64,000 bases of DNA, taken from positions 12,044 to 76,043 of the forward strand of contig PYJA01000004.1 in NCBI GenBank assembly GCA_003635185.1. The letters run 5' to 3'. The notes under the pieces are model-generated. The model did no database searches. It had not been told where the DNA came from and was given only the letters and a program-made list of their open reading frames with translations. This stretch comes from Candidatus Poribacteria bacterium. Lineage in GTDB: Bacteria; Poribacteria; WGA-4E; WGA-3G. The number at the start of each line of letters is the position of its first letter. The stretch's first letter is position 1. The translations under genes and the position numbers were made by a program. Below are positions 29,200-38,503 of this stretch, piece by piece.

Positions 29200-30786
29200 T
29201 TATACCGTATTCTCTAAAATCTTCGCAACATTCTCTGCGATGCGTTCTTCCAATTGGTGTGCCTCTGCGTTTAGGATTTCTAATTCCTCATTGAGTTCAC
29301 CGAACCGTTGCGTAAAGTCAAAATCCTCAGTTTCTTGTGTTGCAACACCGACATAACGTCCGGGGTTCAAACTCCATCCCTGCGCTTCAATTTCTTCCAC
29401 TGTAGCAACTTTGCATAGACCGGGAACATCAACGTATTCTCCATCAGGAAATTTGTTGTTGAGAAGTTCCTCACTGTTGTGTCTGTTTTCAAGGGTTTCG
29501 TCTCGGTAAAGGCGCGCTATGTTTGCCAAGAATTCGAGTTGCATGGGTGTAAACTCACGATGTGCGCGACTGACTTGATGATAGAGATTGCGGGCATCAA
29601 TGAAGAGAACTTTATCGTGTCTGTCGGTATCTTGTTTAGATTTGTCAAAGAACCAGAGGGTACACGGGAGCGTGACTGTATAGAAGAAATTTGATGCGAT
29701 GCTTATCATGACATCTACAACTCGGGATTCAATAATCTGTTTGCGGATTTCCAATTCGGAGGCGCGAGCATCTGCGGCGGAGTTTGCCATCACAAAACCC
29801 GCTTTACCCGTATCGTTCAGCGAGCTCAGAAATAGCTGTATCCAAATATAATTTGCATTATCTACGCGCGGCATGCCGTAAGGGAATCGTGGGTCATCTT
29901 TTATTCGTTCCATATCGACTCTATCAACATTAAAGGGTGGATTCGCCATCACAAAATCGAATTTACCCAAAGACTTATGCGGGTCTTGATAGTAGCTATT
30001 CGCTTGCCTGATGTCTCCTTCGTGTCCATGCACTGCAAGGTTCATCTTGCAGAGTCTGATAGTCTCATTCACCCGTTCAACACCATGAATGCTAATATGC
30101 CCCTGATTACCGTTTTGTGTATGATTCCGAATAAACTCTTCGCTTTGAACGAACATACCACCAGAGCCGCACGCTGGATCAAGGATACGTCCGTGAAATG
30201 GTTGGAGTATTTCAACGATGAGTTTAACGAGAGAAGTTGGCGTAAAGAACTCACCGCCTTTTTGCCCTTCACTCATAGCAAAATTGCCCAGGAAGTATTC
30301 GTAGACCTTACCAAATGCATCGCCTTCAATATCCATCGGAATTTGTTCCATGATACGTAGAAGTTCTATCAGCGTGCTCTTTTCAAGGCGATTGTAGTTT
30401 TTGGGCAAAACCCCTTCTACCTGCTTGTTTGCTGCTTCAATAGCTTTCATTGCATTGGTGATAGCTTGTCCAATGTTATCGCTTTCTGGTAAATTCAGAA
30501 GATGCTGGAATCTTGCTTCTTTTGGCAAATAAAAAGCACCGCGTGCTTGGAATTGTGTTTTTTCATCAATTCGTACCCGCGAACCCGACGGTGTTTCAGA
30601 ATTGAGTTCTTGTTGTACCTGTTTAAATTTATAGTCGGCGTATTTTAAAAAGATAAGTCCTAAGACTGGCGTAGAGTATTCAGAACCTTTGAGACTTGAA
30701 TTGGCTCTTAATTCATCTGCAGCACTCCATAGTTTGTTTTCGATCTGCGTCATGTTGGTATCCACAATCTTACAATATTCCTGCAC
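29200..30786 (-). CDS. hsdM: Type I restriction-modification N6-adenine DNA methyltransferase subunit
   Basis: N-terminal HsdM domain (LWSAADELR), AdoMet motif [12 protein letters not shown], catalytic VMANPPFNV. The start may instead be the ATG at 30753 (MTQIENKLW). Confidence 0.9.
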   Translation of the reverse strand: MQEYCKIVDTNMTQIENKLWSAADELRANSSLKGSEYSTPVLGLIFLKYADYKFKQVQQELNSETPSGSRVRIDEKTQFQARGAFYLPKEARFQHLLNLPESDNIGQAITNAMKAIEAANKQVEGVLPKNYNRLEKSTLIELLRIMEQIPMDIEGDAFGKVYEYFLGNFAMSEGQKGGEFFTPTSLVKLIVEILQPFHGRILDPACGSGGMFVQSEEFIRNHTQNGNQGHISIHGVERVNETIRLCKMNLAVHGHEGDIRQANSYYQDPHKSLGKFDFVMANPPFNVDRVDMERIKDDPRFPYGMPRVDNANYIWIQLFLSSLNDTGKAGFVMANSAADARASELEIRKQIIESRVVDVMISIASNFFYTVTLPCTLWFFDKSKQDTDRHDKVLFIDARNLYHQVSRAHREFTPMQLEFLANIARLYRDETLENRHNSEELLNNKFPDGEYVDVPGLCKVATVEEIEAQGWSLNPGRYVGVATQETEDFDFTQRFGELNEELEILNAEAHQLEERIAENVAKILENTV

Positions 30787-30818
30787 TTTTCGTGCTTAAT
30801 GACAGTTATGATTTGAAG

Positions 30819-32783
30819 TTACATCCCTCTGTCTTTTTCATCAAGATACATAATAACTAACGTTTCATCATTTACGGTAACATTCTCATCTGCTAACATG
30901 AGCGGAACATTTGTAGAAACTTGCTCCAACTGTGAAGTCCATCCCATCAATACCGTACGGATCTGAATTTTGTTAATCGCAAGGGCATTTTCCGGTTTCA
31001 ACAGATATTGTAATAAACCTTCACGCTGTAATATTTGTGCAAACGCTTTTCGAGTTCCATCAAGTTCTTCGTCAGGAGGGACTTTATTTATTGTTTTACT
31101 TGATGTCTCTGATGACCACAAATCACTACTGCCAAGTGTGACTGTTCCTAAGTAGGCTGCTTCTTCACCCGTGATTCTCCATGCGTTCTCAAGTGTTATT
31201 TGAGACTGTTGCGTATCTAACGGGAAAAATGTCTCTTTCACATAGGTGCTGGGGAACCACGGTTCTAAAGAGATTTCTTGCAGTTGAAACGGTGAACCTT
31301 GAAAGAATTGTGGTGGTTTCGCAACACTTTCATTACTTAAAGGGCGAATAAAAGTGTTTTGCACCAGCGCAATTGACGTTTTCGTGCGCGCAGTAGTCCT
31401 AAATGAAATATAACTTTGTAAATGTGCATTTTTCTGTTCTGGGTAGATTGATAATATTGAAAACCGATCTGTCTCTATTTTTTCAGGTAAGACTGCTCGC
31501 GCTATACCAATAGCACCAACAGATACAAAGACAAAAATTACCCCTCCGATCCAATAACTGCGAATTCTTTTTTGTGGTGATCGTCTATGTTTCCCAAAAT
31601 AGAGGAGAAACCCGCCAAAACTGAACAAATATATCGGCAGGACAACAGCCAAAAATTTAATGAGTGGAATCTGTGTAGGCATTTTTGACAAAAACTGCTT
31701 ATGAATCTTGTCTTCATGTTGCCGAAACGGCGCGTACTTGTCAGCAAATAGTCTTGGTGATTTTCCGTGTGTTTTGAGTAGCCAACGCCAAAAGGTTTCC
31801 CCTGCTTTCAAGTCTGAAAATGGTGGTGCGTTGTAATCAAAGGCAAAAGATATAATCTGTCCACTTCCAAAATTTCGTTTCGCAATGTAAATCTGTTCAT
31901 CTGTACCGAGCAAAGTGTGACATTCGGGGTTCGGTTCAAAATGAATATTTTTAAACGAAGAACTCCCTAAGTCCTCTTTATTAGTGGGAGTATTGAGACC
32001 AAATTGTTGTTGTAAGCTAGTCGGCACTTTATTAATTGTCTCTTCACGGACCAATTTGACTGGAAGATATTGCTCAATAAAACTATCCTTCAGGTAACGA
32101 AAGTTCGCACCTCCTGGGACGATAAGTGTCCCGCCACGCTGCACCCATTCTAATAGTGCTATCTGCCGTTGTTTAGAAATCCGCCTCTCAGTGAGTGACA
32201 CCTCGCGAATCACCATCAGATCAACAGCACTGTACCCTATCCATCGCGTTGGCATTGCGTTTGAATTCGGAAGGTATCTGATGTGTGCCTGTGCGTCATC
32301 GTCATCCAATTGTTTCTTATCAATAAATTTTTGTAGTTTATCTCCACTCGGTGCTAATACTAACACAAAATAGTCTTTGTTTTCTATCGGTGCCGTTAGT
32401 GAGAGTTCTTGTGTAGCAATTGGTTCTGAATAGATAATTTCTTTATCATTTCCTCTTGTTCGCACTACTTGAATGAAAAGTTTTATGGCATTTTGGGGAC
32501 AGTAGATATAGAGTTTTTTATGTTTAAGATCCGTTTTACTCAGCTGCAACGGAATAGCATAACGGTGAATAGGTTTATCTGAATATAAATTACGAACTTC
32601 AACAGCAAGTTCTCCGTTAAAAGTGCTGGGTTCATGCTGGCTTCGAACGGTAACATTCAGAGGTGCCCATTTCCCCGCTTTATATCCATTGTTGAAGCCA
32701 AATGTCACATCCTGAATATCTACCGCGCAGAAGGCTGAAGATACCACAAGAAACGATAAGAAAACTGTAACTTTCGTCCCCAT
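30819..32783 (-). CDS. Hypothetical membrane protein (signal peptide, large N-terminal exoplasmic domain, two central TM helices)
   Basis: Start moved to the ATG at 32783 (MGTKVTVFLSFLVVSSAFCAV). TM segments IPLIKFLAVVLPIYLFSFGGFLLYF and YWIGGVIFVFVSVGAIGIA. No family recognised. Confidence 0.5.
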   Translation of the reverse strand: MGTKVTVFLSFLVVSSAFCAVDIQDVTFGFNNGYKAGKWAPLNVTVRSQHEPSTFNGELAVEVRNLYSDKPIHRYAIPLQLSKTDLKHKKLYIYCPQNAIKLFIQVVRTRGNDKEIIYSEPIATQELSLTAPIENKDYFVLVLAPSGDKLQKFIDKKQLDDDDAQAHIRYLPNSNAMPTRWIGYSAVDLMVIREVSLTERRISKQRQIALLEWVQRGGTLIVPGGANFRYLKDSFIEQYLPVKLVREETINKVPTSLQQQFGLNTPTNKEDLGSSSFKNIHFEPNPECHTLLGTDEQIYIAKRNFGSGQIISFAFDYNAPPFSDLKAGETFWRWLLKTHGKSPRLFADKYAPFRQHEDKIHKQFLSKMPTQIPLIKFLAVVLPIYLFSFGGFLLYFGKHRRSPQKRIRSYWIGGVIFVFVSVGAIGIARAVLPEKIETDRFSILSIYPEQKNAHLQSYISFRTTARTKTSIALVQNTFIRPLSNESVAKPPQFFQGSPFQLQEISLEPWFPSTYVKETFFPLDTQQSQITLENAWRITGEEAAYLGTVTLGSSDLWSSETSSKTINKVPPDEELDGTRKAFAQILQREGLLQYLLKPENALAINKIQIRTVLMGWTSQLEQVSTNVPLMLADENVTVNDETLVIMYLDEKDRGM

Positions 32784-32832
32784 TTGCAACTCCAACTCGA
32801 GATAGTTTAGTATAAGAAGTAAAACTTCTGTT

Positions 32833-33678
32833 TTAGATGAGTCGTGCGGGATTTTTTGAGAGTTGTGTTTCCGTTGCTCCATCAAACGCATGGGTGCTGA
32901 AAACCCCGTTTCCCAACATAATCATTGATGCGGCACCGCCTGCTGCTTCAATTTGGTCAACTGTGTTTATCACCCGTGCATCGCTCAGCAAACCACTTTC
33001 CGCAGAAAATTGTTTGGCGACTGCAAAACATGCGGTAAAGAGTTCAGGATTTGATGGAGTATGTGTAAGTCTTTGCAAAGCAGCTAACGCAGTATCCGCA
33101 GCGCGATTGATACGTTTCGTTTGTTCACTGTTTCTAAGTACTTCGCTTGTCTGAATTGGCCCAAAATACCGATAATAGATAGGTTGATCGGGTATCGGCA
33201 ATTTGTCTGCCACTAAAGGTGCCCCTTCCTTCAACTTGACGAGACATCCGCCGTGGTATTGCGAGCAGACATCACCTAATCCTGTCCGATTTTCAACTTC
33301 AGCCACATGCGCGATCATTGCAAGTTCTTCATTTTCTTTTTGTGTCCCTATTAGCTTATTCAATGCGTACGCTGTAGCGAGTGAAGCCGCACCGCTTAAC
33401 CCGAAGCCACAACCCAGTGGAAGTGGGGACGTAAGATTCACTTTTATGCCTGTTGTGTCTATATTTTGGATGAGCCGATCGACTACAGCGCGGACTGTCG
33501 GAAAATTGATGTCCTCTCCGTTGAATAGTACCTGTGTTTGATGATGTTCCGAAACGGAGGTTTGGACACCCTCTGTGATGGTAAAGCCCATGCCGAGAGA
33601 ATGCATCCGTGCGGGATCGGCGTGCGGAATTATTTTAAAGACACACGAAATGTTGCCAGGGGCAAACGCACTCGCCAT
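32833..33678 (-). CDS. GHMP-family kinase (pantoate-kinase-like)
   Basis: The ATG at 33678 follows AAGGAGTG. N-terminus APGNISCVFKI and GHMP motif II PLGCGFGLSGAASLATAYAL. The roughly 281-aa size is typical of archaeal-type pantoate kinases. Confidence 0.55.
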   Translation of the reverse strand: MASAFAPGNISCVFKIIPHADPARMHSLGMGFTITEGVQTSVSEHHQTQVLFNGEDINFPTVRAVVDRLIQNIDTTGIKVNLTSPLPLGCGFGLSGAASLATAYALNKLIGTQKENEELAMIAHVAEVENRTGLGDVCSQYHGGCLVKLKEGAPLVADKLPIPDQPIYYRYFGPIQTSEVLRNSEQTKRINRAADTALAALQRLTHTPSNPELFTACFAVAKQFSAESGLLSDARVINTVDQIEAAGGAASMIMLGNGVFSTHAFDGATETQLSKNPARLI

Positions 33679-33723
33679 ATCACTCCTTTTTTTGATAGTA
33701 AAATCCATAATTACTTGGACACG

Positions 33724-33812
33724 ACGGTAGGTTCGGTTTTCTAACCGAACCTGTGTAAATACGGCAGAATACGCGTGTGGTATTCTGCATTGGTTAGAAA
33801 CCGCACCTACCA
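33724..33812. repeat. About 90-bp imperfect palindrome built from family B hairpin modules
   Basis: The left arm cggtaggttcggttttctaaccgaacc...cagaatac pairs with the right arm gtattctgcattggttagaaaccgcacctaccag. Confidence 0.5.
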
Positions 33813-33898
33813 GGGAGTGTGAAAATATTTTGGATTTCACTATAAGATGAATAACTTTAAACTCCTCTGCGCGCGGACAAAGTGTATCTACGGTAGGA

Positions 33899-34481
33899 TC
33901 AGGGTGTATCCCTCCATTGGACACGTCTATAGATATGACTCAAAGGCAGTTCGCAGCGAATTGAAGCCAGTGGTAGTACATCCGCGAGATCCTGAAATTC
34001 AATAGTCCTCCACTGCGTACCTAACCGAAAATGGCGTTCAACGTTTACTCTCGTCTTGCGAAACAAGGATGTATTCTTGCAAGGACGCGATCTGCTTATA
34101 AGACTCAAATTTCTCCCCTTTGTCATAAGCTGCAGTTGACAGGGAAAGCACCTCTACGACAACAGTTGGGTTGAGGAGCGTATCAAATACATCATCTTCA
34201 AAACGGGGTTCATCACAGACAACGGCAACATCCGGATAAAAGTAAGATGTTATCGGGTTTGCCTTTATACGCATCTTGCCGGTGTAGGCCTCACAATCCC
34301 GATTCACCAATTGGTTGTAAAGTCCATTAAATGTATTTCCTGTGATAAGATTATGTGCGCGACTTGCCCCGTACATCGCGAGTATCTGTCCGCTGAGATA
34401 TTCATTTTTGAAGGGGGCTTTGCGTTCCCACGCGAGGTATTCCTCAGGTGTCAGGTGAGTTTGCACTGCAATAGCTGCCAT
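33899..34481 (-). pseudogene. Uma2-family (DUF820) endonuclease gene with a frameshift
   Basis: The N-terminal 147 aa (LTPEEYLAWE...VVVEVLS.S....D...K...Y.....EYILVSQDE) stop at 34038. The expected C-terminus (VNVERHFRLGTQWRTIEFQDL..LPLASIRCELPLSHIY) continues in another frame to 33899. Confidence 0.6.
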
Positions 34482-34657
34482 GGTATTCTCCTTAACGGAT
34501 GGAAAATTTGTGTCCTTGTGGTTTCAGTTGTTGTTACGTAGCATATCCAAAGTCTGTTCTGGTGTCAACGTAGAAAACTGAAAACGAAACATCTTAGGAA
34601 ACTTGGCCCGTCCTGTTTTTTGCTAAATCCAGATGCAGCTGCTTAACTTTTTAGGAC

Positions 34658-34700
34658 TTAAGCATTTTTCTCGAAGTCCCCTGATAAGGGTTATAGCGGA
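34658..34700 (-). repeat. Truncated copy of palindromic repeat family C
   Basis: aagcatttttctcgaagtcccctgataagggttatagcgg aligns with 55525-55570 (gcattttctcttaaagtcccccttgataaggggg...). Confidence 0.4.
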
Positions 34701-34726
34701 TCCTACAATTAACTTTACTTATGATC

Positions 34727-34829
34727 TGTAGGAGAGAACTCCGATTCCCGACTATTAGTGGTTTCGTCGCGATTCGGAGATCGCTCGGACAGAATATATG
34801 TAAACTTATTTACATAATTTACTATAAAA
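34727..34829 (+). repeat. About 100-bp dispersed repeat family D, copy 1
   Basis: tgtaggagagaactccgattcccgactattagtggtttcgtcgcgattcggagatcgctc...tttactataaaa; a near-identical core lies at 43699-43801. Confidence 0.65.
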
Positions 34830-34899
34830 CACCGAAATAGCAACTTTTTAAGTCCAATTTTCCCTTTTCTGCTCAATTTGTGTAAGTCCTGATTAATGA

Positions 34900-35097
34900 T
34901 CAAATTCGCCTAAGCACCTTTTCATATTCTCTATGTGGACCAATCCAAATTATGTCGTTTCCATCTATTTCACCTAATGCCCGATAATCAACATTTATTC
35001 GAACTGAGTAAATTGGTCGCGTATTGTGGACCTTTTTAAACTGTAAACTCGAATGATTCTGGATCCAATTCTTGTGTTTTCCCTTTTCTATGCTCAT
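34900..35097 (-). pseudogene. RelE/ParE-superfamily toxin remnant (N-terminal region missing or overlapped)
   Basis: The C-terminal 52 aa (NHSSLQFKKVHN..YSVRINVDYRALGEIDGNDIIWIGPHREYEKVL) align with the intact toxin at 45254-45508. The first 30 or so codons would have to overlap the antitoxin ORF in another frame. Confidence 0.45.
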
Positions 35098-35266
35098 CAA
35101 GGGCTTTTTGTCCCAACGTAGCCAAAACTTCTTGTGAATTTGCAAAAAGTTTAGACCAGCGTTTTTCGGATGACAGTTCAGTAAGCAACCATTCAGCCAA
35201 GATGTTTTGTTCTTCAGGTGAAAGTTTTGACGCTTCTGAAAAGGCACGTTTGAGTTGTTTGGTCAT
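35036..35266 (-). CDS. Small antitoxin-like protein
   Basis: 76 aa, immediately upstream of the toxin remnant. AGGAGAA RBS. Confidence 0.45.
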   Translation of the reverse strand: MTKQLKRAFSEASKLSPEEQNILAEWLLTELSSEKRWSKLFANSQEVLATLGQKALDEHRKGKTQELDPESFEFTV

Positions 35267-35319
35267 TATTATATTCTCCTTTTATTTTTTTTACACATCT
35301 GAATTGATAAACCTAATGA

Positions 35320-36867
35320 CTACATATTTCTTCTATTCCGTCGAGGTTTAGGGTTCCTTGGATTGAAGGCATCTTCACCATAATTTCCATTTCCTATTTT
35401 TGCCCTTTGTCCTCTGCCGGTGACTGCACATCTTGTGCCGTCCAAGCGTGGGTCTACGTACCGCTCAAACCATGCGCCCATCTGCCGCCGCATATCGCTT
35501 ATCAATGCTTTCTGTGACTTGTTATCTATCAGGTTTTTTCGCTCTCCAGGGTCCTTTATTAAGTCGTACAATTCATGTGGCCCGTAAGGATAGCGGTGAA
35601 CATATTTCCACTCTTGCGTACAGATCATACGGACAGGGCCATATTCATCAAAAACAACGACACGATCTTGGGCATCGTTTGTTTTTCTGGTAAGCGCGGG
35701 GACAAAACTTCTGCCAGGTGACATATCGTCGTTGGGATCAGGCAAACCGAGATAATCCAGAAGTGTTGGCATAAAATCGTATTGACTCACCATCGCTTCG
35801 CTGACGCGTCCCTCTGGAATTGGACCGGGTTGGCTCATGATAAACGGAACTTTAACCGAATTCTCATACATATTCAGCGGGAACGTGCCGTTGCCTTTGT
35901 GCCAAAATCCGTGATGTCCACAGGAATAACCGTTATCACTACTGAAGACAACAAGCGTGTTTTCACGGATGCCTAACTCATCAAGTCGTTCTAAAATCCT
36001 ACCAACGTTTAGATCAAGTGCTGTTATCGCTGCAAAATAACCTTTCAACGACTCGCGATTGCCCATGTGTTGATTTGTGCCGCGTCCTGCCCACGGGTGC
36101 AATGCCTCCTGTGGACATGTTTTGAAGGGACAATCATCGTAAGAAGCAACGATATCTTTTGGGTGTCCGTTAAAAGGCGTATGTGGGGCGTTATAGTTAA
36201 CGCTAAGATAGAACGGGCCTTCTTTATTTTTCGATATAAAATCTAATGCGTCATCGGTAATCACGTCAGTCAAGTAGCCAGGTTGCCTTTCTACCCGTCC
36301 ATCTCGAATCATGTTAGCGTTGTTGTATCTGCTTCCACCTAAGGGCATAGCGAACCAGTGGCTAAACCCGTGTTGTGGTGTTAGACTATCGCCGAGATGC
36401 CATTTACCACTTAACCCGACAGTGTAGCCATTGTCAGCGAGTACATCGGTATAACAGGTCAGACCTTCAAGATACCGTTCAGCATTGGGAGGCATGCTGC
36501 CGTCACGGCAAAAATCGTGTACGCCGTGTGCTGAAGGGATGCGTCCAGTCATCAGACTTGCTCGTGCCGGTGAACATACAGGCGTAGTGCAGAAAAAATT
36601 GGGAAAACGTGTACCCTCTGAAGCGAGTTGGTCAATAAAAGGTGTGCGAACTTCGTCGTTACCGCAACACCCTGCTGCCCAAGGACCTTGGTCATCTGTC
36701 AAAATAAAAATTACATTTGGCTGGTTCTCCATTTGAGTTCCTCCTGTTTTGTCTGCACCAATAAAGACCGCTGGTGCAAAGGCTGCCGCAACAGTCCCGG
36801 TACCTACATTTTTCAAAAAACGCCGGCGCGAAATATTCTTTCTATGTTCATTTTCTTTAGCTGGCAT
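35320..36867 (-). CDS. Sulfatase (formylglycine-dependent, arylsulfatase A family) with Tat signal
   Basis: Twin-arginine leader SRRRFLKNVGTGTVAAAFA. DDQG metal site, CSPARASLMTGR formylglycine motif, GKWHLG. Confidence 0.85.
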   Translation of the reverse strand: MPAKENEHRKNISRRRFLKNVGTGTVAAAFAPAVFIGADKTGGTQMENQPNVIFILTDDQGPWAAGCCGNDEVRTPFIDQLASEGTRFPNFFCTTPVCSPARASLMTGRIPSAHGVHDFCRDGSMPPNAERYLEGLTCYTDVLADNGYTVGLSGKWHLGDSLTPQHGFSHWFAMPLGGSRYNNANMIRDGRVERQPGYLTDVITDDALDFISKNKEGPFYLSVNYNAPHTPFNGHPKDIVASYDDCPFKTCPQEALHPWAGRGTNQHMGNRESLKGYFAAITALDLNVGRILERLDELGIRENTLVVFSSDNGYSCGHHGFWHKGNGTFPLNMYENSVKVPFIMSQPGPIPEGRVSEAMVSQYDFMPTLLDYLGLPDPNDDMSPGRSFVPALTRKTNDAQDRVVVFDEYGPVRMICTQEWKYVHRYPYGPHELYDLIKDPGERKNLIDNKSQKALISDMRRQMGAWFERYVDPRLDGTRCAVTGRGQRAKIGNGNYGEDAFNPRNPKPRRNRRNM

Positions 36868-37044
36868 GCCATCTTCCTATGGATACTACGAACCTAATTC
36901 ATGTGAAAATTTAACCATGACTTACGCAATTTTGACCCCGTATGCCACTCTGTCCAATGGAGCGTGGTAAAAAACAGTGACGTTTTTGTGGCACAACCTA
37001 ACAGGTTATGCTACAAAAGAACAGCATGCGTAAGTCCTGAATAT

Positions 37045-38448
37045 CTAAACATTTCGGCGAGGTGCAGCGTATCTTGGGTGGAAGGAATCTTCACCGTAAT
37101 TCCCATCACCAATCTTAGCCGCCTGTCCGCCCCCTGTGACCGAACATCTTGCACCATCTAATTCCGGTACCACATACCGCTCAAACCACGCACCCATCTG
37201 TTGTCGCATATCGCTGACAAGTGCGTTGTGTTCCTTTTCATCTATCAGATTATTGCGTTCGCCCGGATCTTTCACCAAGTCATACAGTTCATGCGGACCA
37301 TAAGCATAACGATGCACATATTTCCACTCTTGCGTGCGGATCATGCGGACAGGACCGTATTCATCAAAAACGACGACCTCATCTTGGGCATCATTCGTTT
37401 CTCCATTGAGTGCGGGGACAAAACTTCTACCGGGTGACATATCGTCATTCGGATCGGGTAAACCGAGATAATCCAGAAGTGTCGGCATGAAATCGTATTG
37501 ACTCACCATCGCTTCGCTGACACGTCCTTCTGGAATCCTGCCGGGTTGGCTAATAACAAAGGGAACTTTGACCGAATTCTCATACATATTCAGTGGGAAT
37601 GTGCCGTTGCCTTTGTGCCAAAATCCGTGATGTCCACATGAATAACCGTTATCGCTACTGAAAACGACAAGTGTGTTCTCACGGATACCTAACTCGGCAA
37701 GTCGTTCTAAAATGCGTCCGACATTTAAGTCAAGTGCCGTTATCGCCGCAAAATAGCCTTTTAACGACTCGCGATTGCCCATGTGCGCTGCAGCACCCTG
37801 CACTGCCCACGGATGTAGCGGTTCTTGTGGACAGGTCTTGAACGGGCAATCATCGTAAGAGTCAACAATATCTTGTGGATGCCCTGTAAATGGGGTGTGC
37901 GGCGCATTGTAGTTGACGCTGAGATAGAAAGGACCTTCGCTATTCGCGGAAATGAAATCTAATGCATCGTCTGTAATAACATCGGTGAGGTAGCCGGGTT
38001 GCTGCTCCACTTGTCCATCCCGAATCATATTTGCATTGTTATATTGGCTACCACCGGTGGGTAACGCGAACCAGTGACTGAACCCGTGCTGTGGTGTCAA
38101 ACTATCACCGAGGTGCCACTTGCCACTCAAACCGACGGTGTAATTATTTTCAGCAAGAACATCGGTATAGCAGGTTAAGCCTTCAAGGTACCGTGCAGGG
38201 TCCGGTGGCATGTTTCCATCGCGAATCCAGTCGTGTACCCCGTGCGCTGAAGGGATGCGTCCGGTCATCAGACTCGCGCGTGCTGGAGAGCAGACAGGAC
38301 TCGTGCAGAAAAAATTGGGAAAGCGGGTGCCTTCTGCGGCAAGTTGGTCAATAAAAGGTGTGCGAACCTCATCGTTACCGCAACAACCTGCTGCCCAAGG
38401 GCCTTGGTCGTCTGTTAGCACAAAAATGACATTTGGCTGTTTTTCCAT
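37045..38448 (-). CDS. Sulfatase paralog without a signal peptide
   Basis: Colinear and highly similar to 35320-36867, but it starts at MEKQPNVIFVLTDDQGPW. Same CSPARASLMTGR motif. Confidence 0.85.
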   Translation of the reverse strand: MEKQPNVIFVLTDDQGPWAAGCCGNDEVRTPFIDQLAAEGTRFPNFFCTSPVCSPARASLMTGRIPSAHGVHDWIRDGNMPPDPARYLEGLTCYTDVLAENNYTVGLSGKWHLGDSLTPQHGFSHWFALPTGGSQYNNANMIRDGQVEQQPGYLTDVITDDALDFISANSEGPFYLSVNYNAPHTPFTGHPQDIVDSYDDCPFKTCPQEPLHPWAVQGAAAHMGNRESLKGYFAAITALDLNVGRILERLAELGIRENTLVVFSSDNGYSCGHHGFWHKGNGTFPLNMYENSVKVPFVISQPGRIPEGRVSEAMVSQYDFMPTLLDYLGLPDPNDDMSPGRSFVPALNGETNDAQDEVVVFDEYGPVRMIRTQEWKYVHRYAYGPHELYDLVKDPGERNNLIDEKEHNALVSDMRQQMGAWFERYVVPELDGARCSVTGGGQAAKIGDGNYGEDSFHPRYAAPRRNV

Positions 38449-38503
38449 TTATATTCTCCATTTTAGTTTGTAAATTGATGCTTTGGTCAATATTCTTTTA
38501 CGT

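Noticed and set aside
35320-38448. The two sulfatase genes as an assembly duplication artefact
   Set aside because: The copies differ at many scattered positions, have different 5' ends and are separated by a unique spacer, so they are real paralogs.
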